From: Armatimonadia bacterium
Lineage (GTDB): Bacteria > Armatimonadota > Zipacnadia > Zipacnadales > UBA11051
Assembly (NCBI GenBank): GCA_039683575.1
Contig: JBDKRC010000275.1
Location: 1 to 13,794 of the forward strand
Direction of reading: 5' to 3'
DNA length: 13,794 nt
The position numbers and the translations under genes were made by a program. The notes under the pieces are model-generated. The model saw only the letters and a list, made by a program, of their open reading frames with translations. It was not told the origin of the DNA and ran no database searches. Of the stretch, positions 1 to 6,677 are shown in pieces; position 1 is the stretch's first letter, and each line of letters starts with the position of its first letter.

Positions 1-11
1 TGGGGCGCGTT

Positions 12-57
12 CCAGGGGTTTCACCCCTGGCTATAGTCGGTGACCCCATTGGGGTCA
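12..57. repeat. Pair of GC-rich palindromes (REP-like double hairpin)
   Basis: CCAGGGGT-TTC-ACCCCTGG (12-30) and TGACCCC-ATT-GGGGTCA (41-57) are both perfect stems, 10 nt apart. The style is typical of extragenic palindromic repeats. The element may continue left of the window. Confidence 0.65.
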
Positions 58-128
58 AACGGCGAGAGACGGGCTATGGCGGTGCGGTGGGGATGGTGGG
101 GACGGTGGGGACATGACGCGGAGGCGCG

Positions 129-396
129 GAGGGTTGATCGGGGATGGCGGGTGCGGGTGGGATGCCGTGCGACGCGGGTTGAGGGAGGCGAGAGGGTGGT
201 CGGAGATGACGGATGGCCGGGTACGAGCCCCGGCCCTACAGCGGAGGGTTGGTGGCTGCGGGTGGGATGCCCGTGCTACGCGGGTTGGGGGAGGGCGGGA
301 GGTTGGTCGGAGATGACGGCCGGCCGGGTACGAGCCCCGGCCCTACAGCAGAGGGTTGGTCGGTGATGGCGGATACGGGTGGGATGCCCGTGCTAC
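129..396 (-). repeat. BIME-like mosaic of two alternating GTAG-type REP elements with a conserved linker
   Basis: Read on the minus strand, type A is GTAG-GGCCGGG-GCTCGTA-CCCGGCC (215-239 and 322-346, identical). Type B is GTAG-C-ACGGG-CATCCCA-CCCG(T/C) (259-279, 375-396, and a degenerate copy at 154-173). The order is B-A-B-A-B, separated by variants of GAGGGTTGGTCGG(A/T)GATG(A/G)CGG. A GTAG tetranucleotide followed by a palindrome is the established signature of RAYT-associated REPs. Confidence 0.75.
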
Positions 397-663
397 GCGA
401 GGTTGAGGAAGAGGAGGAGGAGGTTGTTGAACTTGGTGAAGATGACGCTCGTCAACCAAGGCGTGCGGGCCTTCCTCTTTGGGACCGTATTGTCCAGGAT
501 CACCCGATTTCCCCGTTTCTTCTGGTATGCGCCTGGTTGTCCCTGGCGGAGTCTCTGGATGGGCGCAAGTTGTGGTCAGGCCGAGTTTGGAGTACTCCAC
601 CACAGGGAATACGCGAGGTACACGCCATTCCCGGGGGGACTTCTGCAACCCAAGGTCTGGGGT

Positions 664-668
664 GGAGG
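664..668 (+). promoter_or_regulatory. Ribosome-binding site for CDS1
   Basis: GGAGG lies 6 nt upstream of ATG 675, which opens a signal peptide. Confidence 0.75.
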
Positions 669-674
669 CTCCTT

Positions 675-3600
675 ATGTCATGTCGAGTTCGTATCGCCCT
701 CTGTGTACTGCTCCTCGTCGTGTCTTCCTCTTCTTCCTCGTGGGCCAAACGTAGCCGCCCGGTGCGGGTGAGCGGTCCTGCTTACCGTTCCGGTGAGGTG
801 ATCGTCGGCTATCGCCAGGCCGATATGGTCAAGGCTCTCGGCAAGGCGCAGTCTGAGTATGGCGCGTCGACTGTGAGGTCGGTGCCCAGTCTCCATTTCA
901 GCCTGATGCGCAGCGCGCAGGCCACGCGCGACATCCACGGGTTCTGCCGGGCGCTGAAGAAGATCCCGGGCGTGCGGTATGCCGAGCCCAACTACCGGCG
1001 GCAGGTGCTGCTGGCCGACCCCAATGACCCGGCTTACATCAATGTGGACAGCCTGTATGCGCCGCTGGACCCGGACATTGATCCGAGCGACTACACCTGG
1101 TACCAGTGGGGCCTGCATCAGATCGAGGTGCTGGGCGCCTGGAGCATCTATCCCGGGACCTACTATACCTCTCTGACCAAGCCAGGCGGCGGGCCTAAGA
1201 TCGCAGTGGTGGATACGGGAATTGACGTCGGCGGGACGGACAGCATCCCCCACCCGGACTTCATCAATGCCGGCGGGACCAGTTGCGACGCGGCGTTGGG
1301 CGGGCAGATTGATATCGCCGATAGCCGGAACGTGATCTCCGGGGGCACACCCAGCAACTTCGCGGATGACTTTGGGCACGGGACGGCGGTGGCCGGGGTT
1401 ATCGGAGCCTCGACCAACAACGGCGGGAGCGGCGACGGCGAGGGCATTGCCGGGCTTGCCTACAACTGCCAGTTGGTATCGATCAAGACGTTTGACAACA
1501 CCGGCAATGGCACGGCAGCGGACACCGCGAGCGCTATCCTGTGGGCGGCTGACCACGGGGCGCTGGTGGTCAACATCAGTGCGGGTGACGTGTTCTACTC
1601 GCAGGCGGAGCAGGACGCGGTGGACTACGCCTGGGAGCATGGGACGCTGGTGGTCGCGGCGGCGGGGAATGAGGGCGACGGGGCCAACCGCACGTTCTAC
1701 CCGGCGGCATGCAATGGGGCGTTGGGCGTCGCGGCGACCGACATGAATGACTCCGCGGCAAGCTACTCCAACACGGGTGAGTATGTCGGCATCTCCGCGC
1801 CCGGTGGTGATGTCTCCTACTTCCCGCTCGGGGCGTGGCTGATCTGGACCACGTTGCCGACTGAGGACGTACCGCTCAAGCAGTTGAGCTACCCGGACAC
1901 GGGGATGTATTCGTATGAGACGGGCACCTCGATGGCTTGTCCCTTCGTCGCGGGACTGGCCGGGCTGTATGCGTCGCGGTTTGGCATCACGCAGGGGACC
2001 GCGGGCGGGGTGCTGAGGATGTATCAGGCGTTGCAGCGCGGGTCGGAGAATGCGGCGGGGATTGCGGGCTGGAGCCCGAACTGGGGCTGGGGGCGCATCA
2101 ACGCCCAGCAGACGCTGATGGACGCGAACTACCGCGGCTCCAGCGTCGGGTGCATAACAGGACAGTTGATCTATATCGACACGGTTGCGCCGAATAAGGA
2201 AGTGCAGGCGAAGGTGGCGGGGACCAGCACGGTGGTGGCGACCACGACCACGCGGTCAGACGGGATGTTCCGTTTCGCTAACCTGACGCCGGGCAACTAT
2301 GACCTCACTGCTACCTACTTCGGCCAGCCCGGGCTGGTGTCCAATGTGCCGGTGATCGCTTCGGCGGACACGCCGCATGTGGAAATCCTGATCGGCGGAG
2401 ATACCAACGATCCCCCGACCCCCCCGAGCAGCGTGAGCATCTCTCCTGCCGAGCCGAGCGGAGATGACAATCTGGTAGCCACGGCCGAGGGCAGCCTTGA
2501 CCCGGATGGCACGACGCCGAGCTATCTGTATGAGTGGTCCAAGTGGGACTCGGGTTTGGGCGACTGGGGCGCGTGGGGTAGTCCGGGGCGAACTCTGGAC
2601 AAGAGCAAGACGGCTCCGGGCGATCAATGGAAGGCTCGCGCGCAGGCGACAGACGGCCAGGCGGCGAGTATCTGGGTCGAGAGCGCGTCGGTGACAGTCA
2701 GCAATGCCACGCCAACGGTGCCCACGAAGGTTACCATCACACCTGCCAAGCCCACCGGGGATGACAATCTGACAGCCACGGCCCAGGGCAGCACCGATCC
2801 GGATGGCACGACGCCGACCTACGGTTACGAGTGGTCGAAATGGGATCCTGACACGAGCCTCTGGAGCGAGTGGGGCTATGCCGGGGCCATCATAGACAAG
2901 AGCCTGACGGCTTCGGGGGAGAAGTGGAAGGCCCGGGCGAAGGCTACTGACGGCAGCGCGTCCAGCGCATGGCTGGAGAGCGCGTCGGTGACCATCGACA
3001 ACACCGCGCCGACGGCTCCGACCACGGTGACAATCAGCCCCTACATGCCGGGCCGGGAGGATATGAAGGCGACGGCGAGTGGCGCGGCGGACCTCAACCA
3101 GGACACGCTGACCTACCAGTACCAGTGGTCGAGGAAGGGGCCTGATGGCGTCTGGGAGGGCTGGATTTACAAGGGCGACACTCTCGCCGGGGCCTACGTG
3201 CGGATTGGCGAGACGTGGGGAGTGAGGGCGCGAGCGTATGACGGCAGCGTCTACGGGCCCTGGAAGCTCGCCGCCACGCGGATCTACAACATGGCGGGCG
3301 TGACGCCGGCGCCGAATACCTATGGGGTGCCGGTGACGACGACAGTCTTCGCAAGTTTCCGTTGGCCGGTGCGGCAGTCTACGGTGACGACGCGCGTGCA
3401 ACTGAAGCTGGGGACGACGAGGATCATCCCAACCGTGATGACATGGGTCACGGCGGAGCGGAAGGTGAAGCTGAGACCGAAGACAGCACTGCTGCCGAAT
3501 ACCTACTATCGGATCAACATCGATCCAGGCATCGTGTGCACCAGCGGGCGCGTGCTGGGGTGGGGTGAGAACTACTGGTTCAAGACCGCGGCGGCAACGA

Positions 3601-3887
3601 CTACGGCGAGCGTGAGTGTCGCCGCGGCGCCGACGGCGGCGGGAGCGCAGGTGACGGTGAACCTCAGCGCGGCGGCGACGGTGCGAACAATGATCTGCAA
3701 TCTCGCGGGACGAGTGGTGGCACAGTTGGCGGAGCGAGACCTGCCGGCGGGTGTGAATAGCCTCGTGTGGAATGGGAGGGGCAACAATGGGACAAGGGTG
3801 CCGGCGGGGAGCTACCTGGTACGAGTGGAGGCAAAGGGCGCGGAAGGTCAATTGACTTGCGCGATGGTGGCGGTGCAGATGCGGTGA
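675..3887 (+). CDS. Secreted S8 (subtilisin/thermitase-like) serine peptidase, 1070 aa: propeptide, catalytic domain, carboxypeptidase-regulatory-like domain, 3 Ig-like repeats, Big_5-like domain, FlgD_ig-like C-terminal domain
   Basis: Signal peptide MSCRVRIALCVLLLVVSSSSSSWA. Propeptide-like GEVIVGY...VRYAEPNY. Catalytic triad: IAVVDTG (Asp 1212-1214), GHGTAVAG (His 1377-1379), GTSMACP (Ser 1929-1931). Oxyanion motif AAAGNEG (Asn 1668-1670). Followed by ITGQL...TTTRSDGMFRFANLTPGNYDLTA. The track start at 213 only reads through the REP array. Confidence 0.93.
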   Translation: MSCRVRIALCVLLLVVSSSSSSWAKRSRPVRVSGPAYRSGEVIVGYRQADMVKALGKAQSEYGASTVRSVPSLHFSLMRSAQATRDIHGFCRALKKIPGVRYAEPNYRRQVLLADPNDPAYINVDSLYAPLDPDIDPSDYTWYQWGLHQIEVLGAWSIYPGTYYTSLTKPGGGPKIAVVDTGIDVGGTDSIPHPDFINAGGTSCDAALGGQIDIADSRNVISGGTPSNFADDFGHGTAVAGVIGASTNNGGSGDGEGIAGLAYNCQLVSIKTFDNTGNGTAADTASAILWAADHGALVVNISAGDVFYSQAEQDAVDYAWEHGTLVVAAAGNEGDGANRTFYPAACNGALGVAATDMNDSAASYSNTGEYVGISAPGGDVSYFPLGAWLIWTTLPTEDVPLKQLSYPDTGMYSYETGTSMACPFVAGLAGLYASRFGITQGTAGGVLRMYQALQRGSENAAGIAGWSPNWGWGRINAQQTLMDANYRGSSVGCITGQLIYIDTVAPNKEVQAKVAGTSTVVATTTTRSDGMFRFANLTPGNYDLTATYFGQPGLVSNVPVIASADTPHVEILIGGDTNDPPTPPSSVSISPAEPSGDDNLVATAEGSLDPDGTTPSYLYEWSKWDSGLGDWGAWGSPGRTLDKSKTAPGDQWKARAQATDGQAASIWVESASVTVSNATPTVPTKVTITPAKPTGDDNLTATAQGSTDPDGTTPTYGYEWSKWDPDTSLWSEWGYAGAIIDKSLTASGEKWKARAKATDGSASSAWLESASVTIDNTAPTAPTTVTISPYMPGREDMKATASGAADLNQDTLTYQYQWSRKGPDGVWEGWIYKGDTLAGAYVRIGETWGVRARAYDGSVYGPWKLAATRIYNMAGVTPAPNTYGVPVTTTVFASFRWPVRQSTVTTRVQLKLGTTRIIPTVMTWVTAERKVKLRPKTALLPNTYYRINIDPGIVCTSGRVLGWGENYWFKTAAATTTASVSVAAAPTAAGAQVTVNLSAAATVRTMICNLAGRVVAQLAERDLPAGVNSLVWNGRGNNGTRVPAGSYLVRVEAKGAEGQLTCAMVAVQMR
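2406..3287 (+). repeat. Three tandem Ig/cadherin-like coding repeats (module A) in CDS1
   Basis: NDPPTPPSSVSISP (2406), NATPTVPTKVTITP (2703) and NTAPTAPTTVTISP (3000) recur with a 297-nt (99-aa) period. Each has D-x-(D/N)-x...Y-x-Y-x-W...W-x-x-RA-x-A-x-DG. Confidence 0.85.
3000..3887 (+). repeat. Shared C-terminal cassette, copy 1 (other copies 5622-6512, 7974-8855, 12944->13794)
   Basis: All four proteins share SFRWPV, W(V/A)TA(E/N)RK(V/I)KL, WGE(N/D)YWF(K/E)TA, GAQ(V/L)TVNLS(A/S)AATVRT(V/M)ICN(I/L)AGRVVA and LVWNG(R/K)G..G.(K/R)VPAG(T/S)YLVRV(E/D)A.GAEG. Confidence 0.92.
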
Positions 3888-3910
3888 GTGTGGCTGGCGG
3901 GCGAGAGGAC

Positions 3911-3945
3911 ACAGGCGCAGCCAGATGGCTGCGCCTGTTTGGTTC
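3911..3945 (+). terminator. Putative intrinsic terminator after CDS1
   Basis: Perfect 12-bp stem ACAGGCGCAGCC/GGCTGCGCCTGT with an AGAT loop, followed by TTGGTT (weak U-tract). Confidence 0.65.
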
Positions 3946-4139
3946 TGGGGGTAGGAGAGTGCCTGTCGGGGCGAGGGCAGGAGAATGCTCACTAAAGTGG
4001 CAGGAAAAGGGAGGGATGAAGGGTGTTCTGACGAAAGAACGAGCCTGTACCATTTGAAAGGGGGTATAGCTCGTTAGGCGGGAGGTAGCAGTATCTGAAA
4101 ACAGTCTCACGGACGGGGCCCTAACCGGGTCCGCAACAG

Positions 4140-4144
4140 GGAGG
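4140..4144 (+). promoter_or_regulatory. Ribosome-binding site for CDS2
   Basis: GGAGG lies 7 nt upstream of ATG 4152. Confidence 0.75.
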
Positions 4145-4151
4145 ACAGTTT

Positions 4152-6512
4152 ATGGGCAGGTCATACGTTGTCTTGGCTGTATTGCTGGTGACAATGCTGG
4201 TATGTGGCGCGGCGTTGGGCGCTACGATCAATGTCCCGACAGACTACACCACCATCCAGGCCGCCATTGATGCGGCAAGCGATGGGGATACGATTATCGT
4301 AGGGCAGGGGACGTACAAGGAGAACCTTGATTTCAAGGCGGCCGCAATCACACTGACAAGCACCGACCCCAACAGCAGCACCGTTGTGGCACGTACGATC
4401 ATTGACGGGCAAGACCTGGGTCCCGTCGTGAAGTTCGTTTCCGGTGAGATGGCTAACTCGGTTCTGACTGGCTTCACCATTACCAATGGTACCGCCACAA
4501 ATGGCGGAGGCATACTCTGCGATGCTTCATCTCCGACCATCAGCAACAACCGCATCCGGCTCAACAAGGCTACTTCGCGCGGGGGGGGCATTTGCTGTCT
4601 TACTGGGTCGGCTCCGAAGATCACCGCGAACAACATTTCCGGGAATACGGTCGACAGTGGCGGAGATCCCTCGGTCTTCGGTGGCGGCATCTACTGCCGC
4701 AATTCCTCAGCCGAGATCTCTAACAACACAATCATGGGAAACAGCGCGGTTGCGTACGATGACTGGCCCTATGAAAATGGTGCTGCGTGTGGCGGGGGCA
4801 TTACGTGTAGCGGGGGCACACCCTTGATCTCTGCGAATGTGATCACCTCCAATAGCGCCTCCGGCCCGATAGAGAGCCTCGGTGGTGGCATCTACCTGCA
4901 GTCGGCGTCTGGCGCCCTCGTAATCGGGAACACCATCAGCGGCAACACCGCACCTGCCAGCAGCGGCGACAACTATGGTGGCGGCATCTGTCTCCAGGGT
5001 TCACCATCCAGGATCGAGAGCAATGTGCTTGACGGCAACTCTGGCCGGCGGGGTGGTGGCATCTTCTGCGACGGCGCCTCGGCGGCCCCTGTAACCGGCA
5101 ATGTGCTCCTCAACAACGCCGCCAGCGAGGCGGGCGGAGCCATCTGCAGCGAGGCCTCGGCAGTCATCACCAACAACACCTTCCGCGCCAATTCAGCCCC
5201 GGCGGGCGCCGGGGGAAGCATCTGGTGCGCGGCTGCCAGCCCACAGATCAAGAACTGTATCGTCGCCAGTTCCGCAGGCGGGGGAGGCATCGGAGCCTCC
5301 GCGTCCTCGACGCCGAATGTGTCCTATTGTGACGTCTGGGGCAACACTGGCGGCGAGTATGTGGGGCTGACCGACCCGAGCGGCACCAATGGCAATATCA
5401 CGCGGGACCCGCTGTTCGTCAGTCCCGCCACCGGCGACTTTCGGCTCAAGTCCCGTGCAGGGCGCTGGAATGGCACCGCGTGGGTGAATGATACCGTCCT
5501 GAGCCCCTGCATTGATGCCGGCGATCCCGCGTCACCGTTCGCGAATGAACCGACGCCCAACGGCGGGCGGGTCAACATGGGCTATGACGGCAACACGGCG
5601 TTCGCGTCCAAGACGCCGCCGAACTCCGCGCCGCTGGCCCCCACAACCGTGACGATCACTCCGGTCGTGCCCGGTCCGGAGGACCTTACCGGCCACGCCA
5701 GTGGCGCCACTGATGTGGACGGGAACGCCATAGCCTACAGGTACCAGTGGGCGAAGAAGAAGGTGGACGGGACCTGGGACCGGTGGAGCTATACCGGCGA
5801 AGTCCTCCCGAAGGCCAGGATCCTCCTTGGTGAGACCTGGAGAGTCCGGGCGCAGGCCTATGATGGCGCCCTGTACAGCGCGTGGACGATGGGCCCGAGC
5901 ACTGCTATCCTCAACATGGCCGGAGTGACCCCCGCCCCGAAGACCTACGGGGTGCCGGTGACGGCCTGTGTGTTCGCGAGTTTCCGGTGGCCTGTGCAGC
6001 CGGCGTCCGTGCCAACGCGAGTGCAGCTCAAGATTGGGACGAGGGTCATTCCGACGGTTCTGTCCTGGGTGACGGCGGAGCGGAAGATCAAGCTCCGGCC
6101 CAAGACCGCCCTGGTACCCAACACGTTCTACCGCGTCAACTTCGATCCGGGGATCGTGCGCCTCATTGACGGGCGGACCATTGGCTGGGGTGAGAACTAC
6201 TGGTTCAAGACCGCCCCGGCGGCGTCATCGTCGGCTGTCTCAGTGGCGGCAACGCCCACAGCTTCCGGCGCGCAACTGACGGTGAACCTCAGTGCGGCGG
6301 CGACGGTGCGGACCGTGATCTGCAACATCGCCGGTCGGGTGGTCGCAGAACTGGCGGAGCGAGACCTGCCGGCGGGTGTGAATAGCCTCGTGTGGAATGG
6401 CAGGGGTAACGGCGGGAGCAAGGTGCCGGCGGGGACTTACCTGGTGAGGGTAGAGGCGAAGGGGGCTGAGGGTACGCAGACAACAGCGGTGACGTCGCTG
6501 CAGATACGGTAG
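4152..6512 (+). CDS. Secreted right-handed parallel beta-helix (pectin-lyase-fold) protein, 786 aa, with the shared Ig + Big_5-like + FlgD_ig-like tail
   Basis: Signal peptide MGRSYVVLAVLLVTMLVCGAALG-A. N-cap TINVPTDYTTIQAAIDAASDGDTIIVGQGTYKEN. Repeated GGGI-x-C...P-x-I-x-x-N-x-I-x-x-N coils. C-cap DPLF...GDFRL...SPCIDAGDP...PNGGRVNMG. Shared tail from 5622. Substrate and activity cannot be determined. Confidence 0.88.
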   Translation: MGRSYVVLAVLLVTMLVCGAALGATINVPTDYTTIQAAIDAASDGDTIIVGQGTYKENLDFKAAAITLTSTDPNSSTVVARTIIDGQDLGPVVKFVSGEMANSVLTGFTITNGTATNGGGILCDASSPTISNNRIRLNKATSRGGGICCLTGSAPKITANNISGNTVDSGGDPSVFGGGIYCRNSSAEISNNTIMGNSAVAYDDWPYENGAACGGGITCSGGTPLISANVITSNSASGPIESLGGGIYLQSASGALVIGNTISGNTAPASSGDNYGGGICLQGSPSRIESNVLDGNSGRRGGGIFCDGASAAPVTGNVLLNNAASEAGGAICSEASAVITNNTFRANSAPAGAGGSIWCAAASPQIKNCIVASSAGGGGIGASASSTPNVSYCDVWGNTGGEYVGLTDPSGTNGNITRDPLFVSPATGDFRLKSRAGRWNGTAWVNDTVLSPCIDAGDPASPFANEPTPNGGRVNMGYDGNTAFASKTPPNSAPLAPTTVTITPVVPGPEDLTGHASGATDVDGNAIAYRYQWAKKKVDGTWDRWSYTGEVLPKARILLGETWRVRAQAYDGALYSAWTMGPSTAILNMAGVTPAPKTYGVPVTACVFASFRWPVQPASVPTRVQLKIGTRVIPTVLSWVTAERKIKLRPKTALVPNTFYRVNFDPGIVRLIDGRTIGWGENYWFKTAPAASSSAVSVAATPTASGAQLTVNLSAAATVRTVICNIAGRVVAELAERDLPAGVNSLVWNGRGNGGSKVPAGTYLVRVEAKGAEGTQTTAVTSLQIR

Positions 6513-6537
6513 GAGCGTAAAGGCGGGGCAAGTCCAG

Positions 6538-6572
6538 CAGGCGCGGCTTTGGTGGCCGCGCCTGTTTGGTTT
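6538..6572 (+). terminator. Putative intrinsic terminator after CDS2
   Basis: 10-bp stem CAGGCGCGGC (6538-6547) / GCCGCGCCTG (6555-6564), followed by TTTGGTTT. Confidence 0.65.
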
Positions 6573-6677
6573 GTGTCGCGGTCGGGGAGGGTGACTGTAA
6601 CAGCTTTGTCACAAAACGGCAGGAGTTGGTCTCTAAGGTCACGAACTAGATTGGTAATCTGTTACGAGGTATAGTGC

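Noticed and set aside
129-396. CRISPR array
   Set aside because: The segments between repeats are themselves repeated rather than unique spacers, two repeat types alternate, and there are no cas genes in the window.
213-674. 154-aa N-terminal extension of CDS1 given by the ORF track
   Set aside because: It translates the REP array and a GAG run. ATG 675 has a GGAGG RBS and opens a signal peptide, matching the layout of the other three genes.
40-771. Short ORFs at 40-366, 113-316, 343-648, 379-771, 479-754 and 500-748
   Set aside because: They are low-complexity translations of repeats or intergenic DNA with no recognisable motifs.
4028-4125. Hammerhead ribozyme (CTGACGA...GAAA) or c-di-GMP-I riboswitch
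   Set aside because: I could not form convincing hammerhead stems I and II, and the GGCAAAC/GACGCAAAGC-type c-di-GMP-I motifs are absent.
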